Shown here piece after piece: positions 39,098 through 49,369 of a stretch of 55,595 nucleotides of DNA. The notes under the pieces were generated by a model, which had not been told where the DNA came from, did no database searches, and worked only from the letters and a program-made list of their open reading frames with translations. The position numbers and the translations under genes are program-made. The stretch is from a virus. Taxonomy: Duplodnaviria; Caudoviricetes. How positions within the stretch are numbered: position 1 is the stretch's first letter; each line of letters opens with the position of its first letter. The stretch lies in the IMG/VR virus record IMGVR_UViG_3300042860_000924, positions 1 through 55,595 of that record. One strand, 5' to 3'.

Positions 39098-40543
39098 TTA
39101 ATATTGTGACGCAACGTTTTTCAGAAGTTCACACGCCGTAAGAGGATTAGGCATCATAACAGCTTCAGTTGAAGCATAGTAAACACCATAACCGTCCATT
39201 GGATGAGACATCATACCACCATGATTTGGACCATATGGAGATGTAAGACCTACTGTATAACCTTTCTGATCTACACGACCTGCAGGTACTACTTTCTGAA
39301 TATTTGGTTGACCATTGGTTGTTCCTATATTCATGATAGTCATACGGTAGTTTTCTGTGAATCCGCCATCTGGATCTTCCAATCGGTTATCGATAGGATC
39401 ATCATATTCAGGCATATGCATAACATTCCATTTAACACCTTGAGGCCCTAAGAATGTTCTGTACTGTCCACCAAAACCTAAGTTCTGACCAGCACCAAAC
39501 ACACGCTTAGAATCAAGCGGTTGGAACATAGCTACCTTATCTTCGATAAGTCTATGGAAGGCAATCATACCACGCTCACCAGTCATAATTAAGAATTCTC
39601 TACGATCTTGTGGGAGAATGTTAATAGACAGGTTGAGAGCTACTTCCATAAGATAATCCAATGAAAGTGATGTGTAGTAGAATTTGTAAGATGGAGAAAT
39701 CTGATCTCTCAAACCAGCAGACTGTTTAATAACATAGCCGTTTGAAGCACGATTCACATAAGTACCATCTTCTCTCTTATTTGACTTTCCGTAGAACAAT
39801 TGGTTATTCTTCTCACGAATCCACTGGAAGTCAGCTACAGCTTCTTGCCATCTAGTCCAAGTATTAACTTTTTCACCTGAAGGTGTAGTCATACTAATCA
39901 AGAGTGGACGGTCATGCATATTACCAGGAACAAGATATTCCTTAGTCATGGTAGTGAAACCATTACGCATTTCGAACTGTGAACTGAATTGTGTTCCACC
40001 GAACTCATCAGTCATAACGTTAGTAGTTACGCTGTACTCTTTAGATACTCTACGACCACCAGTTAACAATCCTGTAGGGATATAGAAACTAGCATCTGGA
40101 CGCATGTGCTCTACAGTATAGATCCAGTTAGTACCATTAGGTCTACCATCATCTACAATACGTACCCCGTACTCACGATCATCAAAGATCAAGTAGTCAG
40201 TGCGCTGGAAGAAACGTTCTGCTAATTCGAGTTCGAATTGAGCATACCCAAGTCCTGGGAAATTTTGATCTGGAGCTGTGTAGCTCACAATTGCGATCGC
40301 CCGACGATCATCACCTTTAAGTGACCAAGAGTACTCCCCGTCATGAGGCATAACTTTAGTAGGATATTTACCAAGCAATGTTTGAACACCACGTAAGCCC
40401 ATGTAGTCAAATACTTGAACCATAGTGTCCATTACCTTCTGTACATCATTTTGAAAAATACTGTAAAGGTGGTTATCTTGTGTTAATCCTGACCAACTCT
40501 TAGCATAACTCACTTGTAGTGGGCTAAATTTTTGTGTTGCCAT
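39098..40543 (-). CDS. Major capsid protein (crAss type, HK97 fold)
   Basis: WSGLTQDNHL, SAGLRDQI, TGERGMIAFH and HMPEYDD motifs; codon bias of a highly expressed gene. Confidence 0.9.
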   Translation of the reverse strand: MATQKFSPLQVSYAKSWSGLTQDNHLYSIFQNDVQKVMDTMVQVFDYMGLRGVQTLLGKYPTKVMPHDGEYSWSLKGDDRRAIAIVSYTAPDQNFPGLGYAQFELELAERFFQRTDYLIFDDREYGVRIVDDGRPNGTNWIYTVEHMRPDASFYIPTGLLTGGRRVSKEYSVTTNVMTDEFGGTQFSSQFEMRNGFTTMTKEYLVPGNMHDRPLLISMTTPSGEKVNTWTRWQEAVADFQWIREKNNQLFYGKSNKREDGTYVNRASNGYVIKQSAGLRDQISPSYKFYYTSLSLDYLMEVALNLSINILPQDRREFLIMTGERGMIAFHRLIEDKVAMFQPLDSKRVFGAGQNLGFGGQYRTFLGPQGVKWNVMHMPEYDDPIDNRLEDPDGGFTENYRMTIMNIGTTNGQPNIQKVVPAGRVDQKGYTVGLTSPYGPNHGGMMSHPMDGYGVYYASTEAVMMPNPLTACELLKNVASQY

Positions 40544-40566
40544 AATAATTTTTTATTATTTTTTGT

Positions 40567-41670
40567 TTATGATTTTAAGCTAGTTTTAATAAACTTCAAA
40601 GCCTCGCTAGCAATCTTTTTAGGATCTTTAGGAGTCTTATTAGTATATGTATTAGCTTTAGTTTTAATGTTTTTAACTACATTGGTTTTAATCTTTTCCT
40701 CTAAAGGTTTAAGATCACCATTGTATAATAATATAAACTGAGCGACTTTAAGCTGCATATCTGGGTCCATTAACTTCTTCTGATACTCAGTCAATCCTGA
40801 TCTATCTTTCTTAGTTATACCAGAGTAAAGCTTATCTTTCTCAGTAGCATTCATTTCGATACCTTCAATAAAAGTACTTGTAGAATCTACAACTTTTTTA
40901 AGTACAGTAAGTTTTTCAGATTCCCGCTCTCTACGTAAGACTTCCTCACGTTCAGCTTCTTTAGCTGCATTCTCGATAGCTTTCTGATTAAACTTAATTA
41001 ACTTATCTTTCATTTTAATAGCTTGTTTACCAAGCATTCCAGCATCTTTTAAGTCTTCAAGTACACTTTCTACTTCCTCTTCTTCAGATTCCATAACTTC
41101 AGTGTAGTACTGTCTAACAACAGATTCAGCTAACTTTTCATCTTTACCTAAATCTTCATTATCTATACCCTCAAGTTTATCAGTAGTAACCTGAGCTACT
41201 ATTAATGACTCTAAGGATACACCCTTTTTATATAAATCATTGATATACTTGATGGTAGGATCTAATGCTTCTTCAGCTCTTTTAGTAAGAACCGCTTCTA
41301 CATTAGCTTCAATCCACTCTTCATCTATATCTTTATCTTTTTCTTCATCAAATTCTAAGTAACCCTTAGAAGAGAAAAATTTAGCTAATCCTATAACTTC
41401 ATCATTTGCTGATTGAACATCTCCTAATGGAGCAGCTACTGGATCAACAGGATCTGCTATAGGTTCATCATCATCTTCTTCAAGATCAGTTATAGAATCA
41501 ACATCCATGATAGGATTATCTATAGGTTCTATAGGATCATCATCCTTATCATTTTGTTGTGTTTGGGTTGTTTCCCCAACATTTGTTATAGATTCCACTA
41601 CAGGTATAATCCCATCTTCAAGGGCACCTCCGAGGAAATCCATGTCTAGTTTTTCAAAGTTTTTTTCCAT
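40567..41670 (-). CDS. Acidic coiled-coil scaffolding-like protein
   Basis: D/E-rich N-terminus and helical C-terminus, immediately upstream of the capsid gene. Confidence 0.65.
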   Translation of the reverse strand: MEKNFEKLDMDFLGGALEDGIIPVVESITNVGETTQTQQNDKDDDPIEPIDNPIMDVDSITDLEEDDDEPIADPVDPVAAPLGDVQSANDEVIGLAKFFSSKGYLEFDEEKDKDIDEEWIEANVEAVLTKRAEEALDPTIKYINDLYKKGVSLESLIVAQVTTDKLEGIDNEDLGKDEKLAESVVRQYYTEVMESEEEEVESVLEDLKDAGMLGKQAIKMKDKLIKFNQKAIENAAKEAEREEVLRRERESEKLTVLKKVVDSTSTFIEGIEMNATEKDKLYSGITKKDRSGLTEYQKKLMDPDMQLKVAQFILLYNGDLKPLEEKIKTNVVKNIKTKANTYTNKTPKDPKKIASEALKFIKTSLKS

Positions 41671-41687
41671 TGTCTTCTTCTTTTTTA

Positions 41688-41757
41688 CAAAGTTAATTCT
41701 TTAAGTTATTGATTAAAAGTACTATAAAATAATTTAAATTTGTCTTTTATAGCACTA
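41688..41757 (-). promoter_or_regulatory. Putative late promoter of the scaffold/capsid operon
   Basis: -7 TAACTTTG (41688-41695), IHF-consensus box (41702-41714) and inverted repeat CTATAAAA...TTTTATAG (41722-41752). Confidence 0.55.
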
Positions 41758-41758
41758 C

Positions 41759-42526
41759 TTACATCTGAGCTGCTGTTAATGCTTTTATTTTTTTAGCTAG
41801 ATCTTCCAGCCTAGCAACTATGGCTCCAGCCTGATCTGCTGTATAACTAGATGGTAAGTTAACACTCCAAGGGTCACTTACAGAACCCATATTATTCATT
41901 ATTTCACCCATTGTACCAGGGTCATTAAAAGCTGATGCTACACTATTCCAAACAGCTGCAGCCAAGTTTTCAGGACTTAATGTTGTGAATGGTGTTATAT
42001 CTGCCTCTAAAGATAAAGTACCTTTTAAATTACCAGCAAGAGTAGTATTACCTGATAGTGTAGCTTCCATAAAAGCTAATACACTTAAAGATCCTACTAA
42101 GCTACTATTTCCTGATAATGTAGCTGACATTTTAACTAAGCTAGTTAAACTACCCGCTATAGTACTACTACCACTTAATAAACTACTTAAGGAAGTAATA
42201 AGAGATAACCCAGAAGTCATTGTAGATGTACCACTTAAAGTACTATCTATATTTATACCAAGGGCTAAACTAGCTGCTAATTCACTAGAATTATTAATAG
42301 TAGTAGTTGAACTTAATAAACTACCCTTATCTGCCATTACAGTAGAATATGGTGGATTAGTACCTGTAGGAAAACTATCTCTTTTTTCCTGCTCAGATAA
42401 ACTATATTCCCTCTGCCAATAGTTACGCATAGTCATAGGATTCAACCGGTTATAAGGATTGGTTAAGCCACTATGAAAATGTCCACAAATATTGGACTCT
42501 TGAGAATTATAATTTCCTATTAACAT
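41759..42526 (-). CDS. Ser/Leu-repeat structural protein of the accessory cassette
   Basis: Likely start 42526 (TAATG coupling, MLIGNY). LSGxSTLxG repeats, then LSPENLAAAVW...PGTMG. Confidence 0.55.
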   Translation of the reverse strand: MLIGNYNSQESNICGHFHSGLTNPYNRLNPMTMRNYWQREYSLSEQEKRDSFPTGTNPPYSTVMADKGSLLSSTTTINNSSELAASLALGINIDSTLSGTSTMTSGLSLITSLSSLLSGSSTIAGSLTSLVKMSATLSGNSSLVGSLSVLAFMEATLSGNTTLAGNLKGTLSLEADITPFTTLSPENLAAAVWNSVASAFNDPGTMGEIMNNMGSVSDPWSVNLPSSYTADQAGAIVARLEDLAKKIKALTAAQM

Positions 42527-43698
42527 TAGTTCCAAACAAAGGTTAATAATCCTGAAAATGCACTATTAGCAGGTGTAGCTACGCCACTACCAACTAACCA
42601 ATATAAAGCAGCCCCATCATAAATTCTAGGTAAGCTTGGGAACTCAAATAATAAGTTTCTTTCAGAAGCTAAACCTAATGTACTCAGTGGTAATCTTGTT
42701 ATCTCTTTAATTAAAGCTACTGTGTATTCACCAGATACATAAGATGTAGCATTTTGAATAGTATTGACTTCAGCTATACCAGCATCACCAGCTTGTAAGG
42801 GCATAGTATAATTATACTTACCTGCACCTGTAGCTCCTGTATAAACTATAAGTGAATTAGAAGCTGCTGTTTTACCTACTGGTAAAGTAGTTGGTGTAGC
42901 TCTTGATGTTGTTTGTGAAGAGTTAGTATAACCTAACGATAAGTTAGGTGTAGCTGCTCCCAATGGGGTAGCATTATTAGCAAATATAATTGCTTGTACC
43001 CCAGCACCATTTGTATAACGTGGTAATAACCAAGTTACAGTATGTGTACCTGTACCAGTTGTTGTGATATCAATAGCTGTATTAGCTACGGCATTAGCGA
43101 AAGTAGTAGCTAATTTAAAAGTAGTATCTGAAACTTTGATTACATAATAATCAGTAGCAGTAGCTAATCCTCCAGGTAATGTAGTAGTAGTAGTTAATCT
43201 AACTCTAGTTCCTGTAAGTATATTACTAGGAATATTTGCTGTGGAACTCCACGTACAAATATCAGTAGTATCGTTAGCTGTGAATGTATCAGATTGTCCT
43301 AAAGTATTAGTAGTAGCTTGTGCAGTAGTAGTTGTTACAGATGTTACCCTATAAAAACCTATCACATCAACTAAAGCCATTGTACATGGTACAACTGTAG
43401 CTGCTGCTGTTACTGCATGAGCATTTAATAAATATTTATAATAACTAGGCTGAACATTACCACCATGCTGCATAGCTCCAGCATTAGTAGTATTATCTTT
43501 TACAGCCTGGAACGTTAAATTAGTTCCAGCATTAAATATAGCATCAGCGGGAGGATTACCACCACCTCTGAATAATGTATGCCACTCGTTAGCTACAGCG
43601 GCAGTAGTAGGATTAAAGTTTTTACCCCAAGATAAGTCAAATTTTTGACCGTTACTTAAAGCATTTATAATTTGATCGTTAGATGAAAATCCAGCCAT
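42526..43698 (-). CDS. Structural protein of the accessory cassette (paralog B)
   Basis: LPRYTNGAGVQ, PLQAGDAGI and PRIYDGA motifs, plus an inserted LPGGLATATDYYVIKVSDTTFKLATT domain. Confidence 0.6.
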   Translation of the reverse strand: MAGFSSNDQIINALSNGQKFDLSWGKNFNPTTAAVANEWHTLFRGGGNPPADAIFNAGTNLTFQAVKDNTTNAGAMQHGGNVQPSYYKYLLNAHAVTAAATVVPCTMALVDVIGFYRVTSVTTTTAQATTNTLGQSDTFTANDTTDICTWSSTANIPSNILTGTRVRLTTTTTLPGGLATATDYYVIKVSDTTFKLATTFANAVANTAIDITTTGTGTHTVTWLLPRYTNGAGVQAIIFANNATPLGAATPNLSLGYTNSSQTTSRATPTTLPVGKTAASNSLIVYTGATGAGKYNYTMPLQAGDAGIAEVNTIQNATSYVSGEYTVALIKEITRLPLSTLGLASERNLLFEFPSLPRIYDGAALYWLVGSGVATPANSAFSGLLTFVWN

Positions 43699-43701
43699 AT
43701 C

Positions 43702-44595
43702 TTAATTCCATATTAGTTTTAGACTACCTTGTAATACATTTGAAGCTAAACTTCCTTGTGGTAACACAATGAAATTTAAAAAGGCATCGTCGTAAATTCT
43801 TGTTATATTTGTTTGATGTAATAATAAATCTTTTTCAGTTGGTACTGCTACTACACCAGCAGTAGTTGTTAATGAGTTTCTAAAACAGATTTGTACAATT
43901 GGTTTTACAAGTATTATAGTAAACAATCCTACATCTGATCCTAACATAGTTACAGATTCTATTGATCTAACACCACTATCACCATCTTGTAATGGTAAGA
44001 ATGGTCCTGGTGAATTAGCTGTAGTATTATTATGAGAAGTTACTGTACCAATAACATTGAAAGTATTTTGTGTAATTACAGGAGTAACTCTACCAGCTAT
44101 ACCATCTTGATTAGTATAATTTACAGTAAATTGTTGACCTCCTGTTCTAGCACCAGTAGTTATAGCCATCATTTGTACACCTTTACCATCTGTATATCTT
44201 GGTAATGTTACTGTATTATCCATAACTTGAGGATCAGTAGTACCATCATCTATACTTGGGTAATACAATAAATAGTCCAAAAGTATGGCATTCATTGGTG
44301 CTACTTGTGTAGTACCTGATGCACTGCTTTGAACTGTAAGTTTAGTTAAAAACTTTTCAGAAGGAGATACATTAGGACCATGATAAAATCCACCATCAGT
44401 AGATTGTGTAATAGCTTTAGCTTCTAATGGAGCTGCATCAAACCAATATTTAGGAGTAGGCATTCCAGGACTCATAGATAAGTCAAACCATATACCTGTA
44501 TTAGTAACCTGTGAAGGTACTTTTCTCCAGATATATTCTCTTTTTTTACCACTAAGTTCTGAATCTATTAACTCACCTATTGATTTGAATCCCAT
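43702..44595 (-). CDS. Structural protein of the accessory cassette (paralog A)
   Basis: LPRYTDGKGVQ, PLQDGDSGV and RIYDDA motifs shared with 42526..43698. Confidence 0.6.
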   Translation of the reverse strand: MGFKSIGELIDSELSGKKREYIWRKVPSQVTNTGIWFDLSMSPGMPTPKYWFDAAPLEAKAITQSTDGGFYHGPNVSPSEKFLTKLTVQSSASGTTQVAPMNAILLDYLLYYPSIDDGTTDPQVMDNTVTLPRYTDGKGVQMMAITTGARTGGQQFTVNYTNQDGIAGRVTPVITQNTFNVIGTVTSHNNTTANSPGPFLPLQDGDSGVRSIESVTMLGSDVGLFTIILVKPIVQICFRNSLTTTAGVVAVPTEKDLLLHQTNITRIYDDAFLNFIVLPQGSLASNVLQGSLKLIWN

Positions 44596-44735
44596 TACTT
44601 TTGTACAAGTTTTGTACCACCATTCAGTTTAGAAGACATCTCCATTATAATTGTAGCATTACAATCACATGCTCTTATCTTCTCACCATTTGGTAATACT
44701 ATAATTTCTAAATTACACTTTGAACATTTATACAT
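44595..44735 (-). CDS. 46-aa Cys4 zinc-ribbon-like protein (not in ORF track)
   Basis: MYKCSKCNLEIIVLPNGEKIRACDCNATIIMEMSSKLNGGTKLVQK; TAATG overlaps at both ends fill the gap exactly. Confidence 0.8.
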   Translation of the reverse strand: MYKCSKCNLEIIVLPNGEKIRACDCNATIIMEMSSKLNGGTKLVQK

Positions 44736-45142
44736 TAGTCTTCTGTAATTGATAATGCAGCAATAGCAAATTGTGGTTGAATACCGCTAGATACGCTTCT
44801 TGATGCTGTTAATGCTCCACTTATTACTAATTGACCTGCTCCTGATGCTGTAGTTACTAAACCTACGTGAGTAATTGTTTCAGTACCAGAAGTACATTCT
44901 GGGAATTGTAGCAATCCTGCATTTGTAAATGTAGAACCTGAATCAGTCCATCCAGATGATTTGGTTATAGCTACCCTAGCATAAGAACCATAGGCACACT
45001 CATTTGTAATAGCTGTACCTGCTTCTCCAGGATCAGCAGTATATAAAGCAAGATATATTGTAGCACCAGCTCTCCATGAAGGATCTGTACCTTGGAGCAT
45101 AGCTTTTAATATATCGTTTTCTGTTGTATTTGACTTACTCAT
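44735..45142 (-). CDS. Phage tail fibre-associated small structural protein
   Basis: MSKSNTTENDIL..YLALYTADPGEAG..YARVA..FP..THVG..GALT pattern, which I recognise from many tailed phages. Confidence 0.65.
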   Translation of the reverse strand: MSKSNTTENDILKAMLQGTDPSWRAGATIYLALYTADPGEAGTAITNECAYGSYARVAITKSSGWTDSGSTFTNAGLLQFPECTSGTETITHVGLVTTASGAGQLVISGALTASRSVSSGIQPQFAIAALSITED

Positions 45143-45519
45143 TTTAAAATATTTATTTTAATTAAATCTCCAGATGAATTATACTGAAAAGTTTTTTTAT
45201 AGGTAATCTTACCTTTATAGTCTATCTCAGATATATTAGAATTAGCATCATATGTAAAGTATGCTGAATGTGAATATTTACCACCAGTATAGTAAGCTAT
45301 CATAGTTATGTCACCAGTAGTAGAATAGAACAATTGTTTATTATAATTACCAAGATCTGAGTCTTGAGTATTATCAATTAGTTCACTACCATTACCTGTA
45401 GATTCTAAACGTAATCTACCATTAGCTAATCCTATATAAGATTGACCATTTAAATCATAATAGATCTTACCATAAGTTGCGGTCTTACCCGCATTTATTT
45501 TACGTATATTATCTGCCAT
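45139..45519 (-). CDS. Hypothetical protein with YD/RHS-like C-terminal repeats
   Basis: FYSTTGDI, FTYDANSNI and FQYNSSGDL repeats. Confidence 0.45.
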   Translation of the reverse strand: MADNIRKINAGKTATYGKIYYDLNGQSYIGLANGRLRLESTGNGSELIDNTQDSDLGNYNKQLFYSTTGDITMIAYYTGGKYSHSAYFTYDANSNISEIDYKGKITYKKTFQYNSSGDLIKINILK

Positions 45520-45808
45520 AATTCATACTAAGCTCAGATAAACAATATTGAGCTTTTAAAGTTATTTTATTAACTATTAACCTTTTTAAGGTATTTATTT
45601 GATGTTCAGAATATTGAGTCGCAGGGCCGAAATCTAGGGAAGGAAGAAGAAGATTGGTAGCCTCTATTGAGGTTTCCCATAGAAAATCATCTAAAGATTC
45701 ATACGTTCCTAAAAACGAGGTATTAATAATAGTATAAGCACTCTCAATCCAATGAGAGTTCTTCATATCACCAACTAATAAACCTAGTACTTCGACCCTA
45801 CTACTCAT
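45509..45808 (-). CDS. Hypothetical protein
   Basis: In-operon ORF overlapping the downstream gene. Confidence 0.5.
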   Translation of the reverse strand: MSSRVEVLGLLVGDMKNSHWIESAYTIINTSFLGTYESLDDFLWETSIEATNLLLPSLDFGPATQYSEHQINTLKRLIVNKITLKAQYCLSELSMNYGR

Positions 45809-45814
45809 AATAAA

Positions 45815-46066
45815 TTAATCAAAGTCTTCTACTTTTTCATTAACAAGAAGAGCTAGTCCTCTAGCGAAATCAAGGCTAACATTTTCAACCATTGAGTTGA
45901 AAGCGTTATCAATAATAGCTTGAATACCAATATCAAATACAGTCTCTTCAAGACCTTCTACAGACACATCCGTAGATTTGATAAAGTTGTTGGTAATGTA
46001 AAAATTACCAGAGATAGTTACAAGAATGTAACCATCATTGTAAAGATAAAGTTTTGTTGAATTCAT
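45815..46066 (-). CDS. Hypothetical protein
   Basis: In-operon ORF with tight spacing. Confidence 0.5.
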   Translation of the reverse strand: MNSTKLYLYNDGYILVTISGNFYITNNFIKSTDVSVEGLEETVFDIGIQAIIDNAFNSMVENVSLDFARGLALLVNEKVEDFD

Positions 46067-46067
46067 T

Positions 46068-46451
46068 TTATTGTTTAAGTTTTGTATATATCAAATAAAA
46101 GTTACCATTTATGTTTTCTCTTGAAGCAAATGGTAAATAGTAGTTAGTTAAATCTATTTTATAATGAGAAGTATCTAAATAAGATTCTAACTTATTTTCT
46201 ACCGCACCTGCATATCCTATTTTAGCTACAACTGTTGCTTTACTATATTGGTTTATCCCCATAGCTACATTATTATCTATATTGATCTCATATTTACCAG
46301 GACCATTATATATAGAAGAAAATTCTGGAGCTGCCTTAAAGTCATTATAGATAAGTTTAATAAAAACAGGCTCAATTGCATCAAACTGTTCAAAGTATGC
46401 TACAAACATATAATATGGTCGTAGTTTATTTTCATTAAATATCTTACTCAT
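46068..46451 (-). CDS. Small beta-sandwich structural-like protein
   Basis: NGPGKYEI motif similar to GTGSYGI in the neighbouring gene. Confidence 0.45.
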   Translation of the reverse strand: MSKIFNENKLRPYYMFVAYFEQFDAIEPVFIKLIYNDFKAAPEFSSIYNGPGKYEINIDNNVAMGINQYSKATVVAKIGYAGAVENKLESYLDTSHYKIDLTNYYLPFASRENINGNFYLIYTKLKQ

Positions 46452-46869
46452 AAAATTCTCTTATAACAACTAATATTTCACCTAAAACATCTGTAGTAGA
46501 AGAAAGTGTTATATCAAAAACATTGATATTTAAATTACTTTTTGTATCATTTGTAAAAGAGGCTGTAATAACTATATTACTAGTAGTACTATGTATAATA
46601 CTAACATCTTGTATAACATTTGTTGGGTTCTTAAAAAAACCAACATCAAAAGTAATACCATAACTACCAGTACCATCTGAAACTTGAGTTATAAAAGTAT
46701 CCCCAAACTCATTAATATTGTTAACATATTCCCAAGTTAATGTACTAGCTGGTTTTATTAGTTTTATATAAGCATGTCTAAAAGGACGTATCCTTCTAGA
46801 TATACGTTTAATTTCTTCTGGCTTTCCTATAACACTGAATCCAGAACTATTATTTACAGTTGCTCCCAT
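46444..46869 (-). CDS. Small beta-sandwich structural-like protein after the portal gene
   Basis: TAATG-coupled to the portal gene; DGTGSYGITF fibre-tip-like motif. Confidence 0.45.
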   Translation of the reverse strand: MGATVNNSSGFSVIGKPEEIKRISRRIRPFRHAYIKLIKPASTLTWEYVNNINEFGDTFITQVSDGTGSYGITFDVGFFKNPTNVIQDVSIIHSTTSNIVITASFTNDTKSNLNINVFDITLSSTTDVLGEILVVIREFYE

Positions 46870-49352
46870 TATTTTTTACTACTTGGTTTAGGTCTATTTT
46901 TTGCTTGTATACGTGCTATCTGAAGATCATTCTTCATATTCTCACGTTCTACTTTTAATTTCTCTTTCTCTAAATTCTCCTTAGATTTAACTTCTCTTTC
47001 TTTAGCAGCTATCTCACGATCCTTTAAAGCTATTTCTCTATTCTTTATTTCTTTCTCAAGACGTAACTTCATACGCTCGTTCATATCTTTAGAAGCTGCC
47101 TCTTGTTGTTTCAAAGCAAGCTCACCAATCTGCATAGGATCTGGTATACCATTATCATCTTGATCCATGTCTTCCTGTCCTATATAAGACTGTATTTGAG
47201 CTACAGCTATCTTAGTATCATTATTACTATCAGCAATATACTTCTGCATCTCAAGCTTCATCATTTCCATTTGTTCTTGTTTAGCTAAAGCTTCTTGCTG
47301 CATTTGTTGCTGCATCTGTAACTGTTCTTGTTCTCTCTGTTGTCTCTCTTGTTCTATTTGCTTAGTCTTAGCTTTTAAGTCAGCAATAGACTCACTATTA
47401 TAAACATCAACAATTTGTGAGAAATCAATCTTATCAGACTGCAGAGCAAATCTTAAGTTATCTTTAAATGCTTGTAATGCCTCATAATCAGAAGCCATAT
47501 CTGTAACAAATACAGCATGATCTATATTTAGAGCATCACCATCTATCTTGAATAGAACATCAGCTAAATCATCAGTAATGTACTGCATTACCTTGTTATT
47601 ACCATCTTGTAAAGCTAACTTAGCTACTTCAAGTAATGCTTCACATACACGTACTTTAGTAAAGTTATGTACTCTGAACCATTCTTCAGTAATGTGTGAA
47701 GATTGTACTACTGCTCTCTCAGTGTTACCAACAAGTTCTGATGCTGATATAGCACCCTTACGTTGTCTAGTTACACCAGATGTAGTTTCTATCTTCTGTT
47801 CTATATAATCAAGTAATTGTAAATTATACTGTATACTATTACCAAGCTCCATATCTAGGGACTTAGTTTGTGTAGACATATTTACATCACCATATCTTTC
47901 AGCCTTCTTACCTTCGTTATAAGTATTAACGAAAGCTACCTTCATCTGCTTAATATAGTAGAACCATTTCTCTGGTTCCCAGCCTGGAGGTATAAGGGTT
48001 GTATCAATAGTAGCTATTTTACCTGGGTTAGTAGCTATAAGTAACTCTGTGTTATACCATATAATCATGTATAGATAAACCCAAGGAACTACCCTATCCA
48101 TTAAAGACACTGACTGTGAATTTAATGCATTATAGATAGTACCAACATAACCACTTCTACAAGCAGTAGGGTTCTCTAATGTTCTATACTGTATCGCGCA
48201 AGGTCTTACATTCAAGTAAATACCTTTAGTCTCATCACCAAGTCTAGTACCTTCCCAATATTCTGTTATCCAGAATTTCTCTAATGTTTGTGTAGGATCT
48301 GTTTCATCTATAACGAAATCCTCATCAACTAAATCTCTTACAAGTTCACCAGTTTCAGGGTTAATATAATTCCAGAAACCCATTTCTCTAAAAGACTTCC
48401 AACGAACACGATGAACAGGAATACCTTTCATGTTTTCTCTAGAAGTTAACTGGAAGATAGACTCAACCTCAGGTATAGCAAATGCCGTAGTCATAGCGTA
48501 CGGATTCATTGTATACTCTGGGAAGTGTTTCTCCATGTAATCAATCTGTTTAGGAGAAAGGTACTCATAAAAATTATCTATAATCTGAGCTAACGTGAGG
48601 TATTCAACCTCATGTATCATATCAGCATAGTCTAATTGATCTGTATTAGGAGGTAATACAAAAGATGTATGTAAAGGATTAACCCTAGTAACTCTAGGAC
48701 CATCTCCTACCATATCTACTCTGTAAATTTCCTCACCAGCTACTAGAGCATCCTTCCAACCTGTCTGGAAAATATCTTGTAAGTTTAATTTCTTTCTATA
48801 ATAAGTGAGTAGTTTCTCCATAACACTCTCTCTCATATCTTTAGGAGAGTAATTAAGGTACTTCATAACCATCTCATCTGATGGTTCTTCACTTTCAGGG
48901 TCTAAACCCAACTTAGCTTTCAATGTTTGATCCAATAATTGGATAATCATCTCCTGCTTTTGCTTTTGTTTGGAGTGTAATACTCCCTCATTAATACCTC
49001 TAACTATTGGATTAAATCTCCTTTTAGCTTCTTCCCCAAATAATAGCATAAATGTTGGTGAAATAACATCATATGGTTGTAGTGAGGCAGGTAATTGGAA
49101 TTCATTTAATCTTTCTTTACTTAAGTTAAATGGATTTAATGTATATTCAAAATCTGCACGGTTAATCTTATTATTCAGCAGATTATAATTTCTTCTCTTT
49201 TGTTGTACTGGGCTTCTTCTTCGGTCTTGGATGTTTCTACAGTGTCTTATGACACTATTAACACACAACTGTCCCCAAGCTTTATCTTTTCTAGCTCGTG
49301 GTAGCTTTTGTCGGGGCCAACCTCTTGATAAGAATTCGTTGTTATCTTCCAT
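46869..49352 (-). CDS. Portal protein (crAss type)
   Basis: PRQKLP..K...WG..C, LLFGEEAKR, WKDALVAGEEIY, EYWEGTRLG and SGVTRQRKGAISASELVGNTERAVVQSSHITE motifs, with a C-terminal coiled coil; follows the terminase. Confidence 0.92.
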   Translation of the reverse strand: MEDNNEFLSRGWPRQKLPRARKDKAWGQLCVNSVIRHCRNIQDRRRSPVQQKRRNYNLLNNKINRADFEYTLNPFNLSKERLNEFQLPASLQPYDVISPTFMLLFGEEAKRRFNPIVRGINEGVLHSKQKQKQEMIIQLLDQTLKAKLGLDPESEEPSDEMVMKYLNYSPKDMRESVMEKLLTYYRKKLNLQDIFQTGWKDALVAGEEIYRVDMVGDGPRVTRVNPLHTSFVLPPNTDQLDYADMIHEVEYLTLAQIIDNFYEYLSPKQIDYMEKHFPEYTMNPYAMTTAFAIPEVESIFQLTSRENMKGIPVHRVRWKSFREMGFWNYINPETGELVRDLVDEDFVIDETDPTQTLEKFWITEYWEGTRLGDETKGIYLNVRPCAIQYRTLENPTACRSGYVGTIYNALNSQSVSLMDRVVPWVYLYMIIWYNTELLIATNPGKIATIDTTLIPPGWEPEKWFYYIKQMKVAFVNTYNEGKKAERYGDVNMSTQTKSLDMELGNSIQYNLQLLDYIEQKIETTSGVTRQRKGAISASELVGNTERAVVQSSHITEEWFRVHNFTKVRVCEALLEVAKLALQDGNNKVMQYITDDLADVLFKIDGDALNIDHAVFVTDMASDYEALQAFKDNLRFALQSDKIDFSQIVDVYNSESIADLKAKTKQIEQERQQREQEQLQMQQQMQQEALAKQEQMEMMKLEMQKYIADSNNDTKIAVAQIQSYIGQEDMDQDDNGIPDPMQIGELALKQQEAASKDMNERMKLRLEKEIKNREIALKDREIAAKEREVKSKENLEKEKLKVERENMKNDLQIARIQAKNRPKPSSKK

Positions 49353-49369
49353 AAATTTAGGATAATCTA

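Noticed and set aside
41720-41755. Inverted repeat as an intrinsic terminator
   Set aside because: The stem is almost all A/T with a 15-nt loop; it is better treated as a possible operator.
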